Assembly: GCA_035542575.1 (NCBI GenBank)
Contig: DATKLE010000057.1
Location: 1,627-65,626 of the forward strand
Length of the DNA: 64,000 bases
Origin: Terriglobales bacterium
GTDB taxonomy: Bacteria > Acidobacteriota > Terriglobia > Terriglobales > Acidobacteriaceae
Direction: 5' to 3'
Positions 31,965 to 41,382 of this stretch are shown here, one piece after another (position 1 is the first letter of the stretch; each line of letters opens with the position of its first letter). Below the pieces are notes generated by a model. It made no database searches. It saw only the letters and a program-made list of their open reading frames with translations, and was not told where the DNA came from. Made by a program: the position numbers and the translations under genes.

Positions 31965-32579
31965 ATGCACACCCTCGGCATCCTTCTCTCCGGACGCGGC
32001 TCCAATTTTGAAGCCATCGCCAAGAACGTCGCCGCGGGGCGCATTCCGAACGCGCGCATCGCTGTCGTGATCTCCAACAGGACGGATGCGGGCGGATTGG
32101 AGATCGCCCAGCGCCTCGGTCTTACCACGTTTGTGGTTCCCTCGAAAGGCAAGGAGCGCGAACAGCACGACCGCGAAGTGGTGGCCTTGCTCAAGGACCA
32201 TGAAGTTGATCTGGTGTGTCTCGCGGGATACATGCGCCTGCTCTCCCCTTGGTTTGTGCAGCAGTTCCCGCAGCGTATTCTGAATATTCATCCGTCGCTT
32301 TTGCCTGCCTTCCCCGGACTCGAAGCGCAGCAGCAAGCCTTCGCCTACGGCGTGAAGGTGGCGGGCTGCACGGTACATTTTGTGGACGAAGAACTCGACC
32401 ACGGAGCGATCATTGTGCAGAAAACGGTTCCCGTGCTCGACGGCGATGATGAGCACACGCTGGCCGCGCGCATTCTGGAGCAGGAACACATCGCGTATTC
32501 GGAAGCGATCAACGTTGTACTACAGGGGAACTACGACGTCGTGGGTAGAAGACTGGTGAGAAAGGTCACTGCGGAATAG
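31965..32579 (+). CDS. purN: Phosphoribosylglycinamide formyltransferase
   Basis: Motifs GILLSGRGSNFEAI, NIHPSLLP and HFVDEELDHG. The alternative GTG start at 31941 is not excluded. Confidence 0.9.
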   Translation: MHTLGILLSGRGSNFEAIAKNVAAGRIPNARIAVVISNRTDAGGLEIAQRLGLTTFVVPSKGKEREQHDREVVALLKDHEVDLVCLAGYMRLLSPWFVQQFPQRILNIHPSLLPAFPGLEAQQQAFAYGVKVAGCTVHFVDEELDHGAIIVQKTVPVLDGDDEHTLAARILEQEHIAYSEAINVVLQGNYDVVGRRLVRKVTAE

Positions 32580-32583
32580 CAGC

Positions 32584-33615
32584 ATGCGCTACGCCAAAAT
32601 CCTGCTGGTCTTGATTTGTTTTGCCACTCCGGCGCTGTCACAGGAGGCATCGGAAGGGCCGACAGATGCAAAAGCACAGGCAACCTACAAGAAAGCCCTC
32701 GCTCACCTCCAGAAACACGAGACACTCGCCGCGCTGGACGACTTCAAGAAGGCAGACAAGCAGGACGGTGGGCATTGCTCGGGATGCCAGAAGGGGATGG
32801 TGAAGTACGGGATTGAGCTTCAGGAATGGAAAACTGCCCAGGCTGGGGCCGAAGAGCTGATCGCGGAAGCGCAGGGGGACAAGTACATCGCGGTGGCGCA
32901 CTACCAGCTGGGCGTGGTGATCATGAAGGAGGCACTCCTCAAGAACAAGCAGGAATTGTTCGCCCGCGCACATGATGAGATGAGCAAGGCGCTAACCGCA
33001 TATGCCAATTTTCCGGGCGCGATCTTTGGGGATGGAAAGGCACTGGCTCACTTGAATCGAGATGAGGAAGCAAAGAAACGCTTCGAGCTCGTCGTTAAGA
33101 TCCTGCCAGAAGGTGACCTGGACCGGCAGCGGGCCTTGCGGTACCTCGCCAAACCCGAACTGGCGCGCGCCAGGATGGCGCCGCCGTTTTCGGTCGTAAC
33201 CACCGACGGGCAGCACATCTCGATGGATGATCTGACCGGCAAAGTGGTGCTGATCGACTTTTGGGCCACCTGGTGCGGGCCTTGCAAGGCTGCCCTTCCC
33301 CACATGCGGGACATCGTCAAGAAGTTCCAGGGGCAGCCACTGCTAGTGCTGAGCGTCAGTGTCGACGACGACGAGGCGAAGTGGAGGAAATTCATTGCAG
33401 AGAACGGCATGACCTGGTCGCAGTACTTCGATGGCGGGTTTACCGGACCTATCGCGCGAATCTTTGCCGTACATGCGATTCCCCAGACCTTCACCATTGA
33501 CGTCGACGGCGTGCTGCAGGATCAGCACATCGGCGATGCCTCGATCGAAAGTAAGTTGAAAAAGCTTGTGGCGCAGGCGCAAGAGCTTGGCGGCGCCAAT
33601 AAGACGATGCAATGA
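32584..33615 (+). CDS. Secreted TlpA-like thiol:disulfide oxidoreductase with an N-terminal TPR-like domain
   Basis: Signal peptide MRYAKILLVLICFATPALSQ and thioredoxin motif FWATWCGPC. The start is 4 nt after the purN stop. Confidence 0.85.
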   Translation: MRYAKILLVLICFATPALSQEASEGPTDAKAQATYKKALAHLQKHETLAALDDFKKADKQDGGHCSGCQKGMVKYGIELQEWKTAQAGAEELIAEAQGDKYIAVAHYQLGVVIMKEALLKNKQELFARAHDEMSKALTAYANFPGAIFGDGKALAHLNRDEEAKKRFELVVKILPEGDLDRQRALRYLAKPELARARMAPPFSVVTTDGQHISMDDLTGKVVLIDFWATWCGPCKAALPHMRDIVKKFQGQPLLVLSVSVDDDEAKWRKFIAENGMTWSQYFDGGFTGPIARIFAVHAIPQTFTIDVDGVLQDQHIGDASIESKLKKLVAQAQELGGANKTMQ

Positions 33616-33634
33616 CTCGAGGTCTTCTGCTTCC

Positions 33635-33663
33635 TGACTTCCACCTCCCGCATTCCTTATAAT
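33635..33663 (+). promoter_or_regulatory. Sigma-70-like promoter of tyrS
   Basis: TGACTT (33635-33640), a 17-nt spacer, then a perfect TATAAT (33658-33663). The ATG at 33672 lies only 8 nt downstream. Confidence 0.45.
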
Positions 33664-33671
33664 GCTTGCCG

Positions 33672-34895
33672 ATGCCTTTCGCTCCGGTTGACGAACAACT
33701 TGCTTACATCAAGAAGGGCTCCGCCGAAATCGTGAAAGAGTCCGAACTCCAGGCCAAGCTCGAGAAGTCTCGTGCTGCAAACCAACCTCTTCGGGTGAAG
33801 GCCGGCTTCGATCCCACCGCGCCCGACCTGCATCTGGGCCACACGGTGCTCATGCGCAAGCTGAAGCACTTCCAGGACCTCGGCCACACGGTCATCTTCC
33901 TGATCGGGGACTTCACTGGGATGATCGGCGACCCGACGGGGCGCTCCGCGACTCGGCCGCCGCTGAGTCCGGAAGAGATCAAGCAGAATGCCAAGACCTA
34001 CCTGGCGCAGGTTTTCAAGATCCTCAGCCAGAGCAAGACGGAAATCCGCCACAACAGCGAATGGCTGGGCAAATTGAAGGGCGAAGACTGGATCCGGCTG
34101 GCGGCGAAGTTCACGGTTTCGCAGATGCTCGAGCGCGAGGACTTTCACAAGCGGTTCCTCGAAGAGAAGCCCATTGCCCTGCACGAACTGCTCTATCCGC
34201 TGGCCCAGGGATATGACTCAGTGGCTTTGCACGCCGACGTCGAGCTCGGCGGCACTGACCAGAAATTCAATCTGCTGGTGGGACGCGAGCTGCAGCGGGC
34301 TTACGGCCAGGAGTCGCAGATCGTGCTGACCATGCCGATTCTGGAAGGTCTCGACGGCGTGCAGAAGATGTCGAAGTCGTACGGCAACGCGATTGGCATC
34401 AACGAGCCACCGCTCGAGATGTATGGCAAGGTGATGTCCATCACCGACGAGATGATGTGGCGGTACTACGAACTGCTGACGGATGCGAAGGTCGCTGAGA
34501 TCGAGCGCATGAAGCGTGAAGCGCATCCCATGCAGGCGAAGAAAGACCTGGCCCTGGGGATCGTGAAGGACTTTCACTCGGCGCAGGCGGCGGCCCGAGC
34601 CGCGGAAGACTGGGCCAAGCAGTTTCAGAAGGATGAGGTGCCGGAGAGCGTCGAGCAAACATCTGTGGCTTTCGCTGAAATCGCGAGCAAGGATGGCGAA
34701 GGCGCGCGCCTCGACAAGCTGCTGGCTCGTGTTGGACTGGCCCAGTCCGTCTCCGAAGCCGGCCGTAAAATCAAAGAGAAGGCCGTGAGCGTCGACGGTC
34801 AGGTGGTGACGCAACCGGCGATTGCTTTGAGCCCGGGCACCGCCGCCACGCTGCGCGTTGGCCGGAAGATCAAGAAGGTTCTCATTACCTCCTGA
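33672..34895 (+). CDS. tyrS: Tyrosine--tRNA ligase
   Basis: HIGH-type motif HLGH, KMSKS, and a C-terminal S4-like domain. The TTG at 33666 is an alternative start. Confidence 0.93.
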   Translation: MPFAPVDEQLAYIKKGSAEIVKESELQAKLEKSRAANQPLRVKAGFDPTAPDLHLGHTVLMRKLKHFQDLGHTVIFLIGDFTGMIGDPTGRSATRPPLSPEEIKQNAKTYLAQVFKILSQSKTEIRHNSEWLGKLKGEDWIRLAAKFTVSQMLEREDFHKRFLEEKPIALHELLYPLAQGYDSVALHADVELGGTDQKFNLLVGRELQRAYGQESQIVLTMPILEGLDGVQKMSKSYGNAIGINEPPLEMYGKVMSITDEMMWRYYELLTDAKVAEIERMKREAHPMQAKKDLALGIVKDFHSAQAAARAAEDWAKQFQKDEVPESVEQTSVAFAEIASKDGEGARLDKLLARVGLAQSVSEAGRKIKEKAVSVDGQVVTQPAIALSPGTAATLRVGRKIKKVLITS

Positions 34896-34991
34896 TCGCT
34901 CAAGTCGCCCGTCTTGAAGTCCCACCACTCCTCCTCAAGGGAGGCTTCCTCCGTGTCTGGGTGGTGAAATTTTGGTACTCTGCCGCCGACC

Positions 34992-36083
34992 ATGCGCGCC
35001 GCTGCTATCTTCGGGCTGGGGTCGTCCGAGAAAAACCTTAGGCCATTTCAGAAAAATTCGAATGCAGCCTGGCTGATCGGTCTGCCCGCCAGCTCGAAGG
35101 AGGCGGATGTCATCCTGATTTTCGGTGGCGACGGAACAGTGCATCGCCATCTGGCGCAACTGGTCAGGCTGCAGCTGCCGGTTCTGGTTGTCCCATGCGG
35201 GAGCGGGAATGATTTTGCGCGGGCTTTGAGTCTGCGGGGTGTAGAGGATTCCCTGGCGGCGTGGCGGAAGTTCTGCTCGGGTAGCGGAAATGTTCGGGCG
35301 ATAGATCTTGGGGTAATCACACCTTGGGCGTCGAATCCCCAGGGGCTAAAGCCCCATGATCAAGAGGAGCTTTATCGCAGCGCTGAAGCGCTGCGCCACC
35401 CAGACCCTGTTCCGCCGTGGCAAGGCGCGGGCGAGGCGCCCGCAGCGGCTAAAGCCGCTTCCGGTCCCGAAGAACTTGCGGCACGGCTAAAGCCATGCCC
35501 TGATACGCCCCCCCAATCTCATTTGGTGGATGATCCTGCGCGGTACTCGGTACCCGGTACTCGGTACTACTACTGCTGCGTGGGTGGGGTTGGCCTGGAT
35601 GGAGCCATCGCCCGCCGGGCGAACAAGCTTCCACGCTGGGTGCGCGGACATGGCGGCTACGTATTGAGCCTACTGCCTGAGCTTCTGCGGTTCGCGCCGT
35701 TTCCGATGAGAATTCTGGTTCCCCAGGCCGGGTCGCCGGAACGATTCGCCGTGCGCAGCGAGAAGCCGACCGTGCTGGCGGCCTTCGCCAACGCCCCGGC
35801 TTACGGCGGAGGCATGAAAATCGCGCCCAGCGCCCGGTTTGACGACGGACTGCTCGACATCTGCCTGGTCACTGACGTGGACAAGTTCAAGCTCTTCTGT
35901 CTTTTTCCCACGGTCTATTTCGGGCGCCACCTCAGCATCCCCGAGGTGGAGTACTTTCAGGCGGAGCGCCTTAGATTGGAGACGGAGAAGCCGTTGGATG
36001 TCTATGCGGACGGCGAGTACGTGTGCGCCACACCCATTGAGGTGAGTGTCGCGCACCGGGCTCTGCGCGTGGTGCTGCCCTGA
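34992..36083 (+). CDS. Diacylglycerol kinase-family lipid kinase (YegS/BmrU-like) carrying an ~80-codon repeat-derived insertion
   Basis: Motifs GGDGT, PCGSGNDFARAL and IDLG...VGGVGLDGA. The spacing between the last two motifs is far longer than I expect for the family. Confidence 0.8.
   Translation: MRAAAIFGLGSSEKNLRPFQKNSNAAWLIGLPASSKEADVILIFGGDGTVHRHLAQLVRLQLPVLVVPCGSGNDFARALSLRGVEDSLAAWRKFCSGSGNVRAIDLGVITPWASNPQGLKPHDQEELYRSAEALRHPDPVPPWQGAGEAPAAAKAASGPEELAARLKPCPDTPPQSHLVDDPARYSVPGTRYYYCCVGGVGLDGAIARRANKLPRWVRGHGGYVLSLLPELLRFAPFPMRILVPQAGSPERFAVRSEKPTVLAAFANAPAYGGGMKIAPSARFDDGLLDICLVTDVDKFKLFCLFPTVYFGRHLSIPEVEYFQAERLRLETEKPLDVYADGEYVCATPIEVSVAHRALRVVLP
35342..35575. repeat. Four stem-loops with a GCTRAAGC apex plus GGTACTC-type heptamer repeats, inside a CDS
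   Basis: GGGGCTAAAGCCCC (35342-35355), GCAGCGCTGAAGCGCTGC (35377-35394), AGCGGCTAAAGCCGCT (35444-35459) and GGCACGGCTAAAGCCATGCC (35480-35499). GGTACTC GGTACCC GGTACTC GGTACTA follows at about 35542-35569. Confidence 0.8.
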
Positions 36084-36090
36084 ACTCGTT

Positions 36091-36774
36091 TTACAGGTGG
36101 TCTGCGATTTTGGCGGCCATCACTTTGGCCGCATCCACGCTGACCCCGCTGACGCGCAGATCCATGTTCGCCATGACATCTCCCTTGCGCATGAGCAGGC
36201 CCGAGCCCATCGGTTCGATATAAGCTTCATCGCCGATGCCCTGCACCGGGGTGAAGGTCTCCATACCCGCTACCGACTTCATGGCGGCGTGCGACAGCTT
36301 GAACGCCATGGCCCCGCCCTCCCAGGTGTAATCGATGGCCATGCGTCGATCGCCCCCGGGGCCGAAGTGGTATTCGCAGGTGTTTCCGACCTGCTCGACC
36401 GAGGTCACGGGTTGTCCCAGAGCGCTGCTGGCCTCCTCGCTGGACAACTTCGCGCAAGGCTGACGCTTGCCCTTGTAGGGAGCAACTTCGCCGCCCATTT
36501 GTTGAGAGAATTCGTGGGCCTTTTTCTTGACCCGGTAGGCGACATAGAAGCAACTCCCCGCCACCAGCAGGCTTAGGAATACGAACACCGCCAGCAGGCC
36601 GATAATGATCTTCACCGCGGTGCTGCTGCCCCCGGACGCGGGGGCTGCAGGTGCCGGCGTGGAAGGCGCAGCGCTGACCGCCGCCGGTGCGGTTTGCACC
36701 GTAGCCCCGCACTTGGAGCAGAACTTGACGCCTTCGGCGAGTGGAGCGCCACAGCTGACGCAGAATCCGGCCAT
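36091..36774 (-). CDS. Zinc-ribbon / single-TM anchored protein, unknown function
   Basis: ATG at 36772-36774 gives MAGFCVSCGAPLAEGVKFCSKCGA (CxxC-N9-CxxC). A Pro/Ala linker, a TM helix and a ~140-aa domain follow. The upstream extension of the track ORF to 36987 looks non-coding. Confidence 0.65.
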   Translation of the reverse strand: MAGFCVSCGAPLAEGVKFCSKCGATVQTAPAAVSAAPSTPAPAAPASGGSSTAVKIIIGLLAVFVFLSLLVAGSCFYVAYRVKKKAHEFSQQMGGEVAPYKGKRQPCAKLSSEEASSALGQPVTSVEQVGNTCEYHFGPGGDRRMAIDYTWEGGAMAFKLSHAAMKSVAGMETFTPVQGIGDEAYIEPMGSGLLMRKGDVMANMDLRVSGVSVDAAKVMAAKIADHL

Positions 36775-37017
36775 GAATTGCCTCCGTGAAGTTTGCGTAA
36801 TTCTGCCGCCTACGAACCCGCGATGCAACACAAGATTTCTGAGGGGTAGACGAACAGTCACGGGATGACGCGGGCCTGAGACATCCTTGTGCCGCCCAAT
36901 ATCGCCGGTGGTCGCAGCCTCGAAATCTAAACTTGTAACTCGAGAACTCATAGCGGGCACTTGGCAGCCGATATCTGAGACCCGCACCTGTTTCTGGTGC
37001 TAAACTAGCCCATCTGT

Positions 37018-37932
37018 ATGCCGGACAACGGTCGTTCTCGCACCTGGCTTTGGGTTCTGATTGGGGGAGGGGCTTTCTTCCTCTTTGTGCTGGCAGTATT
37101 CACGCTGGTCTATATCACGCTGCGTACGAGCGATCAGACCAGTGCGTTGAGCGGATTTGGCGACAAAATCGGCGTGGTCGATCTGGAAGGCGTCATCCTT
37201 ACCCCAAAAACTGTCGTGGAGCAGCTCAAGAAGTTCGGCGACGACGATTCCATCAAGGCCATCATCCTGCACGTGAACTCCCCCGGCGGCGGCGTCGCGG
37301 CCTCAGAAGAGATCTATCGGGAAGTGAAGCGCATCCGCGACGACAAGAAAAAGCGCATCGTGGCCTCGATTGAATCGGTGGGCGCCAGCGGCGCGTACTA
37401 CGTCTCTTCCGCCACCAACAAGATTTATGCCGACAATGGCAGCATCGTGGGCTCGATCGGAGTCATCTCCGAGTGGGTAAACTACGGCGACCTGCTGCGC
37501 TGGGCCAAGCTGAAAGACATTACCATGAAGGCCGGCGAGTTCAAGGACACCGGCTCCCCCACCCGCGATATGACCCCGGCGGAAAAAGCGTACCTGCAAT
37601 CGCTGATCGACGACATGCACACCCAGTTCATTCAGGCGGTGGCCGACGGGCGTAAGGCCAAGTTCGACGACATCAAAGCCATCGCCGACGGCAAGGTCTG
37701 GACTGGCGAGCAGGCGCTGTCCATGAAGCTGATTGACCAGGTGGGCGATTTCCAGACCGCGGTGGCTGATACCGCGAAGGCGGTCGGGATTAAGGGCGAG
37801 CCCGTACTGGTGCGTCCGGAAAAGGAGCGCAAGACCGTCCTCGATCTTCTATTCGGGGACGTGTCCGAATGGCTGCCCAGCCGCGAAAAGCTGCTGGAGC
37901 AGCATGCGGATTTCTACTACTTGTGGAAGTAG
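37018..37932 (+). CDS. sppA: Signal peptide peptidase SppA, 36K type
   Basis: N-terminal TM segment and ClpP/crotonase-like S49 motifs (LHVNSPGGGV, GASGAYY, VGSIGV). Confidence 0.9.
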   Translation: MPDNGRSRTWLWVLIGGGAFFLFVLAVFTLVYITLRTSDQTSALSGFGDKIGVVDLEGVILTPKTVVEQLKKFGDDDSIKAIILHVNSPGGGVAASEEIYREVKRIRDDKKKRIVASIESVGASGAYYVSSATNKIYADNGSIVGSIGVISEWVNYGDLLRWAKLKDITMKAGEFKDTGSPTRDMTPAEKAYLQSLIDDMHTQFIQAVADGRKAKFDDIKAIADGKVWTGEQALSMKLIDQVGDFQTAVADTAKAVGIKGEPVLVRPEKERKTVLDLLFGDVSEWLPSREKLLEQHADFYYLWK

Positions 37933-38034
37933 GTCTCGGGTGTCAGGTGTCAGGTCTCAGGCTCCAGACGTCAAGTTACGAATCACAAGCCTCAACGCAT
38001 CGCGCCTGAGACCCACGACTTGACACCCGCGACC
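37932..38034. repeat. 31-nt imperfect inverted repeat made of GGTGTCA-type heptamers, with a 41-nt loop
   Basis: The left arm (37932-37962, GGTCTCGGGTGTCAGGTGTCAGGTCTCAGGC) matches the reverse complement of the right arm (38004-38034) at 25 of 31 positions. Confidence 0.8.
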
Positions 38035-38141
38035 TGCTTGTAAAAACCCCTGAAATTTGAGAAGTTTATGCAGGCCTGCTCGGTGGCGGAGGGGTCAGAA
38101 CAGAGCAGCCACACTGAGTTTACGACGGAGCGAAGGGGCGT

Positions 38142-38462
38142 ATGACAAAAGCCGATCTGATTGACGAGGTTTCCCGCTTAGCCGAGTTGACGCGCAAAGA
38201 CAGTGAAGTGATTGTCGAGACCATCTTTGACAGCGTGGTGCGCTCACTGCGAGTGGGAGACAAGATTGAAATCCGCGGTTTCGGCAGCTTCCGCACCCGC
38301 CAGCGCAAGCCGCGCGTTGGACGCAACCCCAAGACCGGCGACCGGGTGGAAGTGCCGGCCAAGAAGATTCCGTTCTTCAAGCCCAGCAAGGAACTCAAGG
38401 ACCTGGTGAACAGCGGCGAAGCACAGCCCGCGGCGCCGCCTTCCACCACTCCGGCCCCTTAG
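38142..38462 (+). CDS. HU/IHF family DNA-binding protein (IHF beta-like) with a Pro-rich tail
   Basis: The sequence is GFGSFRTRQRKPRVGRNPKTGDRVEVPAKKIPFFKPSKELK. It carries the classic beta-arm with RNPKTG. Confidence 0.9.
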   Translation: MTKADLIDEVSRLAELTRKDSEVIVETIFDSVVRSLRVGDKIEIRGFGSFRTRQRKPRVGRNPKTGDRVEVPAKKIPFFKPSKELKDLVNSGEAQPAAPPSTTPAP

Positions 38463-38524
38463 GACACTGGTGGCGCGAATACACTTGCCCGTGCCGCCGA
38501 GTCCTTGTCTTCTGATTGCAGTGT

Positions 38525-39403
38525 TCACGGCTTGAGTCCTACCACTCCCATCAGCCGGCCCGTCGGGCCCTTTGCCGCGCGGTAGGAAAAGAACAGATCG
38601 GTACGACAACAGGTGCACAACCCGGAGGCGCTGATATTCCTGGCCGCTACTCCGGCTGCGATCAGCTGACGCCGGTTCGCTTCCACCAGGTCGAGGAAAA
38701 TCTTCTTTGGCAGCTCGCTGTGTCCCGGCGCCCGGGCGGTGAGGAAGAGCAGCGGATACTTTTCGCGGACCGGGTTCGATTCCTTGCTTTCGCGGAACAG
38801 TTCCGCGCCATAGGCGAATTGGGAGTGGAAGCGTTCCCGCACCTCGGGCCCCACTTCATAACAACAGCTATGGATGCCCGGCCCGATGGCGGCTCTTAGG
38901 TCCCGGGGCAGACTGCCAAACCAGCGCCGCATCTCGCCCACCCCCTTCTCGACAATGCGCTTGACCGTGCCGCGCCAACCGGCGTGGAAGGCGCCCACTG
39001 CCTGGCGCTTGGTATCCACGAGCAGCACGGGCAGGCAGTCGGCGGTTTGGGCCGCGAGCAGCAGGCCAGGCTGGTCGGTGACCAGGCCATCCCCAACCAA
39101 CGGCTGCGCGGGCGGGCCGTCGACGCAACGGATCACATCGGAGTGGATCTGGCGCAGGGTGATGAGCGGCCAGGGTTGGCCAAGGTTGGCTGCGCCGAGC
39201 TTCCTAAGGAAGGCCAGACGATTGCGCTCGACTGTAGCGTGCGAATCCTGCCTGGTAAAGCCCAGATTCAGGGCGCCGCCACCATACGCCTCCGAAAACC
39301 CACCGATGCGAGTGCTGAAACCGTGTACCAGCCAGGGCAACTTGTGGAGCGAGGCAGCCTTCAGAATGGTGAGGGAAGATTTTCGAACACCCTTGGTCGG
39401 CAC
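38525..39403 (-). CDS. pgeF: Peptidoglycan editing factor PgeF (YfiH / DUF152 laccase-domain protein)
   Basis: Motifs LRQIHS, ADCLPVLL, HAGWRG and CTCC. GTG start. Confidence 0.85.
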   Translation of the reverse strand: MPTKGVRKSSLTILKAASLHKLPWLVHGFSTRIGGFSEAYGGGALNLGFTRQDSHATVERNRLAFLRKLGAANLGQPWPLITLRQIHSDVIRCVDGPPAQPLVGDGLVTDQPGLLLAAQTADCLPVLLVDTKRQAVGAFHAGWRGTVKRIVEKGVGEMRRWFGSLPRDLRAAIGPGIHSCCYEVGPEVRERFHSQFAYGAELFRESKESNPVREKYPLLFLTARAPGHSELPKKIFLDLVEANRRQLIAAGVAARNISASGLCTCCRTDLFFSYRAAKGPTGRLMGVVGLKP

Positions 39404-39658
39404 GCAAACATCTTAGCAATGGCGACGGCGCACGTATAATGTCGCGCTGCCACAATTCCGCAGATATCGCAATTCGAGTGGTGGCGCGGTTTGAGAGTCT
39501 CGACTGGTGGTGGCCTTGCGGCCCTTTCTCTGCCAGCTTTGCGGAAAAAGCCTTAAACCGCAGAGGACACGAAGGATTCGCAAAAGGCGCAAAGACGGGC
39601 ACTGGAACTCAAAACCTGCGTCACTACCATAATTCGGCATCGTTCAGGGAGGATCAAG

Positions 39659-41308
39659 ATGCGCTCTATTGCGGTTAGCTTGGTTGTCCTGTGCCTGCTG
39701 TTCGTCGGCGCGGCCGCACAGCAGTCCGAGTCGTCCAACTCACGAGCCAAGCAGCAGAAAACTGCCGAACCTCAGGCGCGGGAAAAGGCGCCATCGGAGC
39801 CGGAGATGAAGCCGCCCGAGCCCGCCACCTCGGCGGAAGAATCCAAGCCCGAAACTGGCAAGGAAGGCGACAAAGACAAAGAAGAACGCTTCGACATGAC
39901 CGAGGCGCCGCCGGTGGTGACTCATCACCAGATCACCGTGGACGGGAAGCTGCTGAAATACACCGCCACGGCAGGGAGGCTCCCGATCAAGCGTGGCGAC
40001 GGCAAGATCGAAGCCGAAATGTTTTTTGTCGCTTACACGCTGGACGGCCAGGACGCCAACAAGCGTCCTCTGACCTTCGCTTTCAACGGTGGCCCGGGAT
40101 CGGCCTCCGTCTGGTTGCACATGGGCGCGCTTGGGCCGAAGCGGGTTGTGCTGCAGCCCGAAGGTTTCATGCCTCCGGCGCCCTATCGCATGGAGGACAA
40201 TCCGTACACGCTGCTCGACAAGAGCGACATTGTCATGGTGGATGCGATCGGTACCGGCTTCAGCCGCGCCGCCACCAGCGAGCTATCGAAGAAGTTCTGG
40301 GGAGTAAAAGGCGATATTGAAGCCTTCGGAGAGTTCATCCGCCTGTACATCACTCGCTATGAACGCTGGAGCTCACCGCTGTTCCTGCTGGGCGAGAGTT
40401 ACGGCACCACGCGCGCGGCGGGAGTCGCAGGATATCTTGCCAACCAGGGCATTTCCTTCAACGGGATTACTCTGCTCTCGATGGTGTTGAACTTCGAAAC
40501 CCTGATCGACAAGAAGACCAACGACCTGCCCTACATCATGCTGATTCCCTCATTCACCATGATTGCGGGCTACCATCACAAGCTGCCACCCGACCTGGCG
40601 CAAGACATGAATAAGGCTCGCCAGGAATCCATGCAGTGGGCCTCAACCGAATACGCGCAGGCTTTGGCCAAAGGAGATGCGCTCACTCCGGAAGAAAGGC
40701 AGAACATTATTGATCAGATGGCCCGCTTCACCGGTTTGAGCAAACAACTGATTGACGACGCCAACTTGCGCGTCAACGTGCAGAAGTTCAGTCACAACCT
40801 GCTGCTCGATCAGAAGCTGCGCGTGGGACGGTTGGACGGGCGCTTCACCGGGCCGGATCCCGATGGCTTGCTGGACACCCGCTTCTATGACCCCACCGGA
40901 TCGGCAACCCGCCCGCCCTATACCGCGGTGTTCAACCATTACGTACGGACCGAACTGGGTTACAAGACCGACATGCCCTATAACGTCTCCGCCCAGATTG
41001 GGTTTCAGAAGTGGGATTGGGGATCAAGCATCGAGGGCTTCCCCGATACCGCTTCAGCTCTGCGCCAGGCGATCACCAAGGACCCTTATCTGAAGATTCT
41101 GGTCATGGAGGGCTACTATGACCTGGCTACTCCGTTCTACGCCGCGAACTACACGATGGACCACCTGGACCTTCCGCCCAAGTACCGGGAGAACATTTCC
41201 TTCGCGACTTACGACTCGGGGCACATGGTGTATCTGCCGATCAATGGCCTGAAGAAGATGAAGAGCGATCTGGTGAACTTCATGACCAAGGCGGGGGCGG
41301 GGCAGTAG
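39659..41308 (+). CDS. Secreted peptidase S10 (serine carboxypeptidase family)
   Basis: Signal peptide, then NGGPGSAS and the catalytic-Ser motif GESYG. Confidence 0.85.
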   Translation: MRSIAVSLVVLCLLFVGAAAQQSESSNSRAKQQKTAEPQAREKAPSEPEMKPPEPATSAEESKPETGKEGDKDKEERFDMTEAPPVVTHHQITVDGKLLKYTATAGRLPIKRGDGKIEAEMFFVAYTLDGQDANKRPLTFAFNGGPGSASVWLHMGALGPKRVVLQPEGFMPPAPYRMEDNPYTLLDKSDIVMVDAIGTGFSRAATSELSKKFWGVKGDIEAFGEFIRLYITRYERWSSPLFLLGESYGTTRAAGVAGYLANQGISFNGITLLSMVLNFETLIDKKTNDLPYIMLIPSFTMIAGYHHKLPPDLAQDMNKARQESMQWASTEYAQALAKGDALTPEERQNIIDQMARFTGLSKQLIDDANLRVNVQKFSHNLLLDQKLRVGRLDGRFTGPDPDGLLDTRFYDPTGSATRPPYTAVFNHYVRTELGYKTDMPYNVSAQIGFQKWDWGSSIEGFPDTASALRQAITKDPYLKILVMEGYYDLATPFYAANYTMDHLDLPPKYRENISFATYDSGHMVYLPINGLKKMKSDLVNFMTKAGAGQ

Positions 41309-41382
41309 GCGGAGGCCATTCCCCTCCCGCAGTGCCACGCCCTGCCAGATTCGGGGTGGTTTCCCTTGCGCCCCGCAGGAGC

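Noticed and set aside
34919-34975. Possible rho-independent terminator after tyrS (CACCAC...GTGGTG followed by AAATTTT)
   Set aside because: The stem is short, interrupted and has a large loop, and the T-run is only four residues. It is too weak to call.
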